DNA of 64,000 bases from Candidatus Saccharimonadales bacterium (GTDB lineage Bacteria; Patescibacteriota; Saccharimonadia; Saccharimonadales; UBA10212). The stretch lies in contig DASTXL010000001.1 of NCBI GenBank assembly GCA_035758565.1, positions 396,981 to 460,980 on the forward strand, written 5' to 3'. The notes beneath the pieces are model-generated. The model was given only the letters and a program-made list of their open reading frames with translations. It was not told the origin of the DNA and searched no databases. The position numbers were made by a program, and so were the translations under genes. Shown here piece by piece: positions 41,901 to 49,789 of this stretch (positions are counted from its first letter, which is position 1; the number at the start of each line of letters is the position of its first letter).

Positions 41901-44900
41901 GCGCTCCTGCTGAAGGCATTATCCTTCTAGCCGCGCTTACGATTAAGTCCTCCGAAGAGTTTGGATTATAGGCCTGGCCTAAGGATCCAACAGGAGAACC
42001 ATCTTCATAAAGAATAATGTTCGTAACAACACCCGCACCAGGAGACCGGACTATTGGTGCATAGAATTCCACCATAACTGGTGTATTGCCGCTGAATGTT
42101 AACGAAGGCGCCGTAACCACCGTGTTTGGCGATGCGGGGTTGGTGGAAGTCACATTTATTTGGCCGGTGGAATTCTCGGTGTATGCCAATTCAGTACTTG
42201 TGGTTGTTGTCTGACTACTAGTGCCGGAACCACTACCGCCTAGAGAATAATTAGAATCTACCTTCCAGCTTGGATTAGAGCTTAAGTCTGGCCCGCCATT
42301 ATATATAGGAGCAGACTGAATAGTATTCTGTACGCTGCTTCCGTTGTAGCCACCTAGCAGATAAAGCGCGTTGCCTACAACCTGAATTGAGCCGTAGGTA
42401 GTGGCGGTTGGCAGGAAGTTGCCAACACTCGTCCACCCGGCGACCGGATCGTTAATTGGAGCACGATAGACCGCCTGCGTAATAGTGCCGCCTGGCTGGC
42501 CACCGATGAGATAAACGTAGTTGCCAATGATAGCCAGCTGCTGCCCTGTGGCGGCTACCGCATTGTAGTTGGTATATGTCCAAGTCAATGGATCGGAAAC
42601 TGAGGCACGGTAAACCCCGCTAAAGTAAGCGCTTCCATTATAGCCACCAAACACGTAGACATAGTTGCCTATAACAGCCAGTTGGGATCCAAACATGTTC
42701 AATGGCATGACATGCGAACCATTGGCAACCGAACTCATATTAGACCAGGTCAATGGATCGGAAACTGAGGCACGGTAAATTACATTCGTCGCCCCAGCAC
42801 CGCTGGAAGCCGCCCCGTTATTTCCTCCGTACAGATAGATGTAATTGCCAATTATAGCCAGCTGCGAACTTGCTAGATTACCCGGAAGCGTAGCTCCGGT
42901 ATCGACCCAAGTAGTTGGGTCAGATACGCTAGCACGGTAAATAACATTCGTCGCATTGTTACCACTTGTTCCACCGAAACCGCCAAACATATAAATGTAG
43001 TTGCCGATGATAGCGGTCTGTGACTGGCCAAGGTTATTGGGCAGTGTTTTGCCTGTGTCGGTCCAGCTGGTTGGATTAGATGTTGTTGCGGTGTAAATAG
43101 TCTTCGTATAAGTAGTAGGAAAGACGGAAGAACCGCCAAGCATGTACAGGTTGTTGCCCACCGTGATTACTGAAGCCTCAGCTCGTGCGGCCGGAAGTGT
43201 TCCGGCGCTTGTCCAGTCGCTCTCCATCAAGCCGTAGTTATTACTGGAGCTTGAGCCACCACCGCCCGCACCAGACGCCGGCTTAATGAGTGCCCATGCC
43301 TTACCACCAGACGCGGTAGACATAGCTTGGCCAACAATTCCTCCGGATGGCGACGAGCTGGACTGAGCTTGACCGGTGGTAGATGAAGTAACTAGGTAGT
43401 CGCCAACATTGACAGTTCCAGTTACATTGACTTGATAGATACCAGAAACTACCACCGGCTCGGAGCCGCCAGTTTGAGTCTTAGTAGCTATACCAAACAC
43501 TTGAGTGGAGTTAGAAGAAGATGAATCTTTAACGTAGCCGGCATTGGCAGCATCTATAACCACCACATCACCTGCGGTTACAGAACCGGTGATGTTTTCG
43601 TTGATGGTGAGGCCTTGATTCTCATTGCCGGTATTTGAGAAACCAATGGTCCCGCCAACGCTCAGGTTACCAGCTACACTCACGTTGCCAGCCGCACTGA
43701 CGCTCAAAAGATTGGCATTGCTAGCGTCCTGAACGTCCAGTACATCAGCAGTCTGGCCCGTAGTACCGTGGATGGTCGCCGTCACGCTGCTAGCGGTAAT
43801 ACTTTGGATGTTGAAGTTCGCACCCGTCTGCAAAGCCGTACCATTTTGGATACCACCACCACCCTGCAGGCTTGGATTAGCCAGAGTAACACGGATATAG
43901 CCAGGGATCGTGTTGGTTCCGCTAACCTGAGCGCCCGAGCCGCCATCTTGATCAGCCGAAATTGTAAACGTATGTGAACCAATCGAAGGTGTAAGCTCCG
44001 TCGTCAGGTAAACAGTATCGTAGTCGGTGGTGGTAGAGCCGGAATTATTGGTATGCCCAACATACCCAAGCCTATCCACAAGCGAGCCGTCCTCATAAAG
44101 ATTAAACTCAGTGTGCGCTGACTGAGAGTTGGGAACTCCGTTATACTGCGGCGCATAAAACTCTACCATAACCGGAGAACCATCATAGGTAGCAGATGCC
44201 GAAGTTACGATCGTGGTTGCGGATGTGCCAATAGAATGTGTCCCCGTGAAAGTAGTGTATGCCAGCTGATAGTTGGACGCTTGGCTGCCGCTTGAACCGG
44301 AGCCACTAGAAGAAATATATGGATCGCCGTTGCCGCCGTTATACAAGTCCGAAACTTCCTGGGCGGAAAGCACTTTATTCCACAAACCGACTTCGTCAAT
44401 GCTGCCTTTGAAGTAGTTACTGCCGGATCGTCCGCCAAGATAGTAGTGTGAGCCCGTGCTAAAACCAGTAGAATAGGCAACTGGATTAGCCGAATCTGCT
44501 ACTCCGTCTACATAGAATCTTAGCTGACTGCCACTATATGTCATCACAACGTGGTGCCAGCTTGTTGTGTCAGTTATGGCTATGTTTCCGGACGCCCCGC
44601 TTATGCCAATTTTACCGAAGGATACTTTACAGCTACCATTGAGAAGATAGAAGCCATAACCATTGTTGTCACCACCCAGTATATAGCTGCCAACGCCTGA
44701 ACAAGTAGGATCATTATTTTTTATCCAGGCGGATATGGACAACGTGGAAGTTTGATTCAGGGTGTTGCCGTTACCCAAATCTACGTAGTCGCTAGTCCCG
44801 TTAAAGCTCCTGGCATAGTTCTTTTTACCGCCAGTTATGGTCGTACCGTTAGCCACGCCGTAGTTAGTGTTTACCGAATCTTTGACGGTTGTACCGGATG

Positions 44901-47088
44901 CTTCGTCCAGGTTCCAGTAAGACATCAACCCTGTGGTCAACGAATTGCCAGAATCAACCGCGAATCCAGAGTAACTGCTGCTGGAGCCGCTACCGCCACC
45001 GCCGCTCCCTACTCCACTGCTTGGGTTTATATAAACCCAAACCGTGCCGTTGCTGCCAGAAGATTTAGAGCTCAGCGCTTGGCCGATCGTCCCGCCAGTT
45101 GGTGATGTTGAATCAGTACCAAGGCCGGTGGTTGAACTGGTAACTATGTAATCACCCACGTTCACTGCCGCAGTGTCAACATTCACCTGATAGACGCCGC
45201 TCACCACAATCGGTTGAGCTACGCCAGCGCTATTTGTCGTGGTCGCCACGCCGAAAATCTTAGTGGAATTAGCCGAAGTACTATCTGTCACCTGCCCAGC
45301 GTTGCTGGAATCTATAACCACGATGTCGCCGGCTGTAGTGGCCGATGTAACCACCATGTTAAGATCAATCCCCTGATTGGCGTTACCGGTGTTGGTAAAG
45401 CCAATACTAGAAGTGGTGGTCAAGTTACCAACAACCTGAAGGCTATCATCAGTTTTTAGTGCGTTGTTGCCGGATCGATAAAGGTTGACGTCCGTACCAA
45501 AGTATAAGCCGCCACTAGCGGTTGTAGTGTTGGTGCCGACATTCAAAAGTCCATTTGTGGTAGTGGAGCCGATGCCCACCTGGCCAGCCGAAGCAATAGT
45601 CACGGCTTGGACTCGTGACGACCATCCGCTCTGAAGGTTTGTATAAAATGTAATCGTATTATCTGATGTAAGCGCCAAATTCTCGTTGGAATAGGCGATG
45701 TTTGCTGCCGCGGTCGCAGCCGACTCACCAGAGCCTAAGATTGTTGAGCCGCCGGCACCAATGGCAATGCCAGCCCCATTGGCATCTTCGCCATACTTGT
45801 TAACAATAACCCCGTTGTACGTGCCCGCCAGATTGATATTGCCACCTACGGTTAATGTGCCGCCAACTACACCCGTTCCACTGATATTGAAGTTGGAACT
45901 TGGCTGCTGTGATGTGCCGTTTTGGATATAGTACGACGAACCAGAAGCGGCCGTACAGCCGGTACTTGAACAAATTTGCACACCACCCACGCGGTAAACT
46001 CCAGAGACGTTGGCGTCGCCGCCTACGTCCAGCGTGTAGCCTGGAGTAATGCTACTGCCGATAGCAATGCGTACGTTTTGAACTCCGCCGGCACCATCCG
46101 ATTCGCCGTAAACAGTAAAGGCGTTGGTTGAGCCAACTCGCATAGTGTAGCTTTCTGGCGTACCAGTGGCAGCCGAGCTATCAATGGGTAAATCACTGAA
46201 AGTCACCTGGCCAGCATCTGTTGGCAAGACAATACCGCCATCTATAGCCAGCGCAGCACCTAGTTGAATTTGGTTGTTTGAATTAACTTGCAGGATGTTT
46301 ACGTTGCCGGTGCCACTAGCATCAACCGCGTTAATCCACGCACTGTTGGCGATAGTCAACGCACCCTGCGGGTTTGTAACACCAATGCCCAACGCCCCGG
46401 CCACGTCAAAGCTGCCGTCAGTTTTGATGGTTCCAGATGCCGAACGATAAAGATTGGCAGTAGTGTCGCCGCCGAACGTCAAAGCACTGGACGAACCAGT
46501 GGCATTAGGCAAAGATATCTGGTTACCAGAAGTTGTGAGCAGCGTAGAGCCGCTAGAGTTTTGGATCTGAGCAGCGGCATTGGCTTTGAACGCGTACGGG
46601 ATAGCGGTCAGTTGGATGCGCGGATTCATCTCGCCATCCCAGCTTGGGCTGCCGGTACCGCCGATATTCATGGTTAACCATAGCTGCTGGTCCCAGGGCA
46701 TAGTGGATGGGAATGGATTAACCGATCCCAGGTTAACAGTCAGGTAACCATCAACCACTCTAACCTGGTTGCCACTGGTGCGAGTTTCGTACCATAAACA
46801 GTGAGCATCACCACTACACGACCCCTGCCCCGAACCGGTTGACGAGCTGGCATCGTAGATCTTGAACTCGACATTGTAGTTGCCGTCTTGCACGATAGCA
46901 CCGGTAGAACTCATCAAGCGAGCTTGGAAGTTTAAGTAACTACTCGTGACAGCCGTGGCGGTCGGTGCGCCAGAAAAACAAACAGCCAAAACGCCAAACA
47001 GCCCCATTAAGGGGCCGGCCAGGGCAATTCGAATGCTTTTACGCACGCGTAGTAAATAATCACGCGCCCGCAAGGAGCTTTTAGGCAT
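32998..47088 (-). CDS. giant secreted modular fibre/adhesin (4696 aa): six repeat units carrying LamG, four Kelch propellers and a Gly-rich phage-type domain
   Basis: Signal-like N-terminus; six GDVVVID...GDYLVTS...GQA modules; Kelch blades AIIGNYIYLFGG...IY.A.VS.P..W; LamG WHHVV..Y...DEVGLWN..LS. Confidence 0.88.
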   Translation of the reverse strand: MPKSSLRARDYLLRVRKSIRIALAGPLMGLFGVLAVCFSGAPTATAVTSSYLNFQARLMSSTGAIVQDGNYNVEFKIYDASSSTGSGQGSCSGDAHCLWYETRTSGNQVRVVDGYLTVNLGSVNPFPSTMPWDQQLWLTMNIGGTGSPSWDGEMNPRIQLTAIPYAFKANAAAQIQNSSGSTLLTTSGNQISLPNATGSSSALTFGGDTTANLYRSASGTIKTDGSFDVAGALGIGVTNPQGALTIANSAWINAVDASGTGNVNILQVNSNNQIQLGAALAIDGGIVLPTDAGQVTFSDLPIDSSAATGTPESYTMRVGSTNAFTVYGESDGAGGVQNVRIAIGSSITPGYTLDVGGDANVSGVYRVGGVQICSSTGCTAASGSSYYIQNGTSQQPSSNFNISGTGVVGGTLTVGGNINLAGTYNGVIVNKYGEDANGAGIAIGAGGSTILGSGESAATAAANIAYSNENLALTSDNTITFYTNLQSGWSSRVQAVTIASAGQVGIGSTTTNGLLNVGTNTTTASGGLYFGTDVNLYRSGNNALKTDDSLQVVGNLTTTSSIGFTNTGNANQGIDLNMVVTSATTAGDIVVIDSSNAGQVTDSTSANSTKIFGVATTTNSAGVAQPIVVSGVYQVNVDTAAVNVGDYIVTSSTTGLGTDSTSPTGGTIGQALSSKSSGSNGTVWVYINPSSGVGSGGGGSGSSSSYSGFAVDSGNSLTTGLMSYWNLDEASGTTVKDSVNTNYGVANGTTITGGKKNYARSFNGTSDYVDLGNGNTLNQTSTLSISAWIKNNDPTCSGVGSYILGGDNNGYGFYLLNGSCKVSFGKIGISGASGNIAITDTTSWHHVVMTYSGSQLRFYVDGVADSANPVAYSTGFSTGSHYYLGGRSGSNYFKGSIDEVGLWNKVLSAQEVSDLYNGGNGDPYISSSGSGSSGSQASNYQLAYTTFTGTHSIGTSATTIVTSASATYDGSPVMVEFYAPQYNGVPNSQSAHTEFNLYEDGSLVDRLGYVGHTNNSGSTTTDYDTVYLTTELTPSIGSHTFTISADQDGGSGAQVSGTNTIPGYIRVTLANPSLQGGGGIQNGTALQTGANFNIQSITASSVTATIHGTTGQTADVLDVQDASNANLLSVSAAGNVSVAGNLSVGGTIGFSNTGNENQGLTINENITGSVTAGDVVVIDAANAGYVKDSSSSNSTQVFGIATKTQTGGSEPVVVSGIYQVNVTGTVNVGDYLVTSSTTGQAQSSSSPSGGIVGQAMSTASGGKAWALIKPASGAGGGGSSSSNNYGLMESDWTSAGTLPAARAEASVITVGNNLYMLGGSSVFPTTYTKTIYTATTSNPTSWTDTGKTLPNNLGQSQTAIIGNYIYMFGGFGGTSGNNATNVIYRASVSDPTTWVDTGATLPGNLASSQLAIIGNYIYLYGGNNGAASSGAGATNVIYRASVSDPLTWSNMSSVANGSHVMPLNMFGSQLAVIGNYVYVFGGYNGSAYFSGVYRASVSDPLTWTYTNYNAVAATGQQLAIIGNYVYLIGGQPGGTITQAVYRAPINDPVAGWTSVGNFLPTATTYGSIQVVGNALYLLGGYNGSSVQNTIQSAPIYNGGPDLSSNPSWKVDSNYSLGGSGSGTSSQTTTTSTELAYTENSTGQINVTSTNPASPNTVVTAPSLTFSGNTPVMVEFYAPIVRSPGAGVVTNIILYEDGSPVGSLGQAYNPNSSEDLIVSAARRIMPSAGAHTFSAGAVVGSGTGQIFCGTSVSTDHDPCYIRITLANPQLQGGAGIQNGTTVQTGNFNLQSSSQTSVTGILKGATSQSADVFEVQDASSTNLFNVGPTGNVSIAGNLSVGGTIGFSNAGNASQALTINENITGSVTAGDVVVIDTSNAGYVTDSTTANSTKVVGIATKTQTGGSEPIVISGIYQVNVGATSVNVGDYLVTSSTTGQATTSASPSGGVIGQTMSTASSNKAWALIKPAGGAGGSSGSSNNYGLMESDFTDTGATVPYIAHNQTVTIGNTIYFFGGADLSTFTATNKIYSAPVSNPTNVTYTGFNLPNYVRNSVIAIVGSNIYLYGGIDNTGTAINAIYTASVSNPTSWSSAGTLPGGLALNQSSLAIIGSNIYFFGGLNGTSTYTNEIYRASISSPATVVDTGHTVPVALRQSSVAVIGNYVYLFGGINSSGSTVNAIYRAPVSSPETGWTTTNGSFPGSTANASTNLAIIGNYIYLIDGYYNSGYANFIWRAPVSNPVNGWADTGSVLPNGLTMGGLQIVGNAIYLYGGIRVGGYSGSIYSAPIYSGSPDVSANPSWITDSNYSTGGGSGTSSQTANTNYELAYAERNSNSISVTATGSGSYTTIVTAPSITMDGNTPINVEVYSPYYYAPATNGGTLFIAILDNGSVVKIPGIFNTDGSSPSTFQSSAGVLSYRYTPSAGSHTFTFAAFESGGQAYVGSGDGTTGSYAPAYIRVTLANPQIQGGSGIANGTTTQTANFNVQSSSASSVTAVIQGATSQSADILEVKDSSNTNLLAVDPSGNLTVKGNIGFANQGNANQGITLNMKVTSAVTAGDVVVIDTANAGQVTDSTSANSTKVFGIATQTKSAGQYQPIVVSGLYQINVGSNSVNIGDYLVTDGSAGEAMASSSPTGGVVGQATSTASSSKVWALIKPASGTGGSGGGGMTTLYDSTLTSDTAGFDVSSIPGTYSQLKIAVYGRTAMNSQFDQIALRFNGDSSADYDFQKVEGNNTAVNGAANTGMSSASIGWLPGSSASNNTFAAGSSEATITNYAGTSFHKSFTAINSSNVAYTAASLDGSTWSDTWTSTSAINRIQVISMNGSNFKAGSRLVIYGIGGSNSGGSGSGGSGIVGVQTYTSGSGTFNLPAGVTSLQVELVGGGGGGGLGNQYGSGGGGGAGGYVRKFISSPSSSYSYAVGAAGAPWGGGAHTSGGTTAFGALSATGGTDAGGGTAPAGGTGGTGTGGDVNVTGGTGNDGAYNYTGQSGGNGGASYFGGGGAGGNYTTAGGAGVAYGSGGGGAGGISSSSLSGGYGAGGVIIVTEYGTSLQGGGGIQNGTTLQIGANFNIQSASPSSVTATIHGTSGQSADILDVQNSSNINLLSVDPNGNTFVAGNLNVGGTIGFSNIGNQNQGISLNMVVTSSVTAGDVVVVDTTTAGQVTDSTTANSTKVFGVATTTNSAGVSQPIIVSGIYQVNVDTAAVNIGDYLVTSSTTGMATSSSSPSGGVIGQALSAKAAGSNGTVWARINPGNGAGGSGSGSGYGLMESDFIDTGATLPVAPGLVEGAPATIGNYVYMFGGATGAGAGVTTIMRAPVSNPTSWTAVGNLPSGANLYSSQLAIIGSKIYLFGGAIAGASTANIYSANVSDPVGSWTLAGSLSTSLTSSSLAIIGSNIYLFGGYHTGTGYINTIYTASVSNPLSWSTAGSIAPASSGIGDSNLAVIGNYVYLFAGANGSSTLNTIYRAPISSPTSWVNSGGTIPNAGTGSGLDNSSLAIVGNYVYLLGGYNGGYVSVIFRAPVTDPVWGWATTAYMNGVLVDSRVSIVGNALYVWGGYTGTAYSNKIYSAPIINGSPDVSSNPSWITDSNVGTGGSGTSSQTANNNTELAYSEFTAPVTVSATSASTANTVVTATSISSDGNTPVVVEFFAPRVDAGADGHTIVSLYEDGSSIGDIFGQVYSGANMQGYDPVHVTRRLTPTAGAHTFSIRAWRINANGTVEAGPGGTGGTTFVPGYIRVVLANPQIQGGSGINNGTTTQTANFNIQSASGNNPTAIIQGASSQSADILDVRNSSGSNLLSVDANGNLGITGAIGFNNSGNASQIMTVNETVTTSVNANDVVVIDTNNAGQVTTTTLANSTKVFGVATKTMSAGQSQPIAISGIYQVNVDTAAVNVGDYLVTSGTAGKATDSAYPSGGIIGQAMSAKTAGSNGTVWVRLNPGNGAGGSGSGAGYGLMESDWTNAGTLPANMYGGQVATIGNTIYLFGGNVGGSTSQHVYTAPVSNPTSWTDQGAKLPGALEESQVAVVGSYVYLFGGYNGSAATNVIYYAPVSDPINSWQTAAGTLPGNLVNSQLAIIGSNIYLFGGASAVNTAGNVIYTASISSPTSWSSAGTLGFNIFFSQLAVIGNYVYMFGGNNGGGPMRNIYRAAISSPTSWVSTGYTLNTNMQNATILIVGDHIYLMAGTTVQEAPINNPLLWAATDSLPSSSYLSPAFIAGNAAYVLGGSGVSVIQSAPIYDGGPDLSSNPSWKIDSNGGSGGGSGTSSQTSGSNYQLAYNQFTSPVTISATSESTANTVVTASSFTADGATPYMIEFYTPEIDFNNAAYPSLTFVLYEDGSSIGKMGQTIISNNVGALTFTGIMESREITPSAGAHTFSIRAYEAVSNATVQGGNGGSGNYVPGYIRVTLANPSLQGGSGINNGTTTQTGNINIQSSSASNPTMVLQGATSQSADILDVKNSSGSILFNVGPTGNVSVAGNLAVSGTVVLGASTSDPGCTNGGLYYNTTSYQIRGCANGAWNSLNGIDIVTTIPTTNLHDGETVYLKVSAPADYLKLTYDAAQGHWYSEADATINELPSATTLNSSAWSPYGAMPLSNCMSLYNAGLRPQIYVSGYMNSSGTGTTTYIRASLYTHGGSSASPYGSLWATGPSVSVFANNVYQIANWTDATYSGAPANAECELSVEYNTASVNATYENLGAMVRWRSQ

Positions 47089-47179
47089 GTTTTACCTGTT
47101 TATTTTAGTTTTAAGGTTTTTGTCTTGCCTTGCAGTTTTAGCCCACGTTTTCTGCTAAAAGCGCAATAAGACTAGTTAC

Positions 47180-47231
47180 AGATTACGCTTCCCTGTGGAC
47201 AATGTCAACGAAAGTGCTCATGTTTTCCACA
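47180..47231 (-). promoter_or_regulatory. promoter of the giant-fibre operon with DnaA-box-like sites
   Basis: TTGACA-17-TAATCT (47208-47180); TTGTCCACA in the spacer; TTTTCCACA on the + strand at 47223-47231. Confidence 0.6.
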
Positions 47232-47350
47232 CCTTGTCTCCAGGTAGACTCAGTCACTGGGGCTTGAAACCACTACACATTTCGGCAAAAAAAGTTACTA
47301 TTTTGTGGGATACTCAATTGAATATTTATCTGTTGACTAACCTTATAGTA

Positions 47351-49420
47351 CTAGCGGTATATGGAATATAGGTCTGCCACTTCGACTTGCGAGAGCGCTC
47401 TGTTCCAAACGCGGGCGTCGTCTATGCTCCCGTTCCACGCGTTCGTTGCACCGGTGAAATTCAGGCCTCCAAAGCTGGGATTAAGAGCCACTGTGGTAGT
47501 AGATTTTAGTGCGGAATCCCAGTAAGACCTAAGGGTAGCTCCATCATAAGTTACGGTGAACATGTGCCACTGATTGACCGGAAGGGTCTGGCCAGAAGTG
47601 CTAGCAAAGGTAGATCCAGCGTAAGGTGTGGTGCCATATTCAAGCCCAATCGAATCACCGAAATTTTGGCTTCTTATACCGAAATAAGTATGCGTGTTAC
47701 TCGATCCCATTATTTCTGGCCAGTGGTAAATCGAAGAAGTAGTACGCATTAGCCAAATATTATAGGTAAAACCGGCCGGTAAGTTAGAGTAAATGCTCGG
47801 ACTGCCCACACCTATCCAGGCACCTGAATCACCTAGCTGGTAAGCACTGTTTGCTCGACCTTTGCGGTCTGCGGTTAAGGTTGCGCCATTCACAGTGCCA
47901 TTGTTGCCGTATGGCGTAGCATCGCGAGCGTTGCCGTTAAAGTCCCATTCGCTAATCAGCCCGGATGAAAGATTGATACTGCCACCTGAACTAGTCGCAC
48001 TATATAGAGGTATTTGTGAGTCGTAAGTGTTATATAAACTAGATACTTCGCTGGCACTTAAGTCGCGGTTATATATTCTGATGTCATCGAGCGACCCGTT
48101 AAAGTAACGGGACGAAGCCATAGGTCGGCCAAAGTATATCCAGTTCGCATAATTGGAAAAGTTGGGCGTGCCCGTTACGGCTGTCGAGATTTTTTGCGCC
48201 CCATCCACATAGATCTTCGTGGTAGTGTCCAAAACGACTACAACGTGATGCCAATTGTTGTTTGTGATTACCGGAGTTGACTGACTGAAATTAACCGTTC
48301 CGCCGGTTTGGCAATAGAACTGCAAATTAGTATTGCTTTGGCTTAAATGGCACTCGTTTTGGCCGCCAAAACCATCGCCATTGGTATTTTCTCCAGCGTA
48401 AATCATATGACCTAGAGTATTAGTTGTATTAGCCTTAAACCATAATGATACGCTCATAGGAAAAGTGAATTTTACACCATTAACCTGCAAGTAGCTTGAC
48501 GCCCCATCAAAAATGTAAGCGCTGCTGGCAGTGTTTTTTCTGTCTACGGCCAGTGTCGCTCCGCTTATAGTTGCATCGTGGTTGAATGGCGTCGAGTCCT
48601 TGCCATTGCCATTCATGCGCCACCAGCCAATTAAACCGTTTTCGCCGGCCCCTAGAGCAACCGAGGAGTTGTAAGTACCGTAAAGGACAGAGACCTCGGC
48701 GGCCGATAAAGCCCGGTTGTAGATTCTTACATCGTCGATTGAGTGAGTAGACGAGCCGGCGGCGTGTTCGCCGACTGTCCAATTGCCGGTGTTGTGCAGG
48801 GTAACCCCACTGACCGACTTTGTGGTAGAGCATACATTGCCGTCAAAATAGACTTTAACCGTTGAGCCATCGTAAGTTCCTACTAAATGGTGCCATGAAT
48901 TTATTGTCATAGTGCCGGTACTGCAGGCCGAATTGTACTGCAAGCCGGAATGGAAAACTCCAAACAACACCTGCCCATTGCCAAGCGTATAGAGGTCCCA
49001 GCTTCCCTCTGAAGTCCAGTTATTAGCGGCTAGATCGTAATAATTCACCAGGGTTGATTGGTTAACCCAGAGACTAACCGTGATTGCTGATGTTGGCAAC
49101 CCGCCGGCCGGCAAAGCAACATATTGGTTGGTACCATTGAAGCTCAGAGCTGAGTTCGCAGCACCATGGCGGTCGGTTGTTCCCGTGGGCCCACCCGTAA
49201 GTGTTCCGTTGTTGGCGTACGGTGTGGCATCTCTAGCGTTTCCGTCCATCTTCCACCAGCCAACCAAGCCCCTTTGGAGTTCAATGTCGCTCGAAGATAC
49301 TGGACCACCACCATTGCCCAGCAGCAAAGCTCGGGTTATGGTAGCTCCAGCACCCACTACTAAAACAGCTAGAGCAATAACAATATATTTTTGCCGGCGT
49401 GACCTAAACATAAGCCCCAT
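47351..49420 (-). CDS. membrane-anchored protein with three LamG/ConA-like domains
   Basis: N-terminal TM; three GL.GWW.M.GN..D.TP...WHH...DD.RIYNR.LS..EV repeats. Confidence 0.9.
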   Translation of the reverse strand: MGLMFRSRRQKYIVIALAVLVVGAGATITRALLLGNGGGPVSSSDIELQRGLVGWWKMDGNARDATPYANNGTLTGGPTGTTDRHGAANSALSFNGTNQYVALPAGGLPTSAITVSLWVNQSTLVNYYDLAANNWTSEGSWDLYTLGNGQVLFGVFHSGLQYNSACSTGTMTINSWHHLVGTYDGSTVKVYFDGNVCSTTKSVSGVTLHNTGNWTVGEHAAGSSTHSIDDVRIYNRALSAAEVSVLYGTYNSSVALGAGENGLIGWWRMNGNGKDSTPFNHDATISGATLAVDRKNTASSAYIFDGASSYLQVNGVKFTFPMSVSLWFKANTTNTLGHMIYAGENTNGDGFGGQNECHLSQSNTNLQFYCQTGGTVNFSQSTPVITNNNWHHVVVVLDTTTKIYVDGAQKISTAVTGTPNFSNYANWIYFGRPMASSRYFNGSLDDIRIYNRDLSASEVSSLYNTYDSQIPLYSATSSGGSINLSSGLISEWDFNGNARDATPYGNNGTVNGATLTADRKGRANSAYQLGDSGAWIGVGSPSIYSNLPAGFTYNIWLMRTTSSIYHWPEIMGSSNTHTYFGIRSQNFGDSIGLEYGTTPYAGSTFASTSGQTLPVNQWHMFTVTYDGATLRSYWDSALKSTTTVALNPSFGGLNFTGATNAWNGSIDDARVWNRALSQVEVADLYSIYR

Positions 49421-49451
49421 TAACTTCAGTATGACAGAAGTTAGGGGCTTT
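49412..49451 (-). terminator. hairpin after rplU overlapping the LamG gene start
   Basis: AAGCCCC..TAACTTC / GAAGTTA.GGGGCTT. Confidence 0.5.
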
Positions 49452-49460
49452 AAAAAGTTC

Positions 49461-49766
49461 TTAAGCGATCTTGGTGATTTTTACCAAAGTATGGCGCTGG
49501 CGATGGCCGCGGACTTTACGAACACGCTTTTTAGCTTTGTAGCGGATAGCAACTACTTTGTCGGCTTTTACTTCTTGTTCGACTACTTCGGCACTAACTT
49601 TAGCACCGCTCACCAGCGGGGTGCCAACGCTCACTTTCTCGCCATCAATAACTAGCAATGGATCGAAGTCTACCGTCTTGCCAGCCTGCAAAAGCTCAAC
49701 TTCAACTTGCTCGCCTTCACTAACGAGGTATTGCTTTCCACCAGTGGCGATAACTGCTTTTTTCAT
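49461..49766 (-). CDS. rplU: 50S ribosomal protein L21
   Basis: AVIATGGKQYLV, GHRQ..T.VKI..I. Confidence 0.97.
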   Translation of the reverse strand: MKKAVIATGGKQYLVSEGEQVEVELLQAGKTVDFDPLLVIDGEKVSVGTPLVSGAKVSAEVVEQEVKADKVVAIRYKAKKRVRKVRGHRQRHTLVKITKIA

Positions 49767-49789
49767 AAATCTTTTCTAAGTTTAATCCT

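Noticed and set aside
47089-47350. Replication origin
   Set aside because: Only two good DnaA-box-like sites, no dnaA/dnaN nearby and no change in gene orientation across it.
21828-49420. Prophage or tailocin, suggested by tail-collar and fibre-like domains
   Set aside because: No capsid, portal, terminase, sheath, baseplate, lysis or integrase genes. The proteins carry TM or signal anchors.
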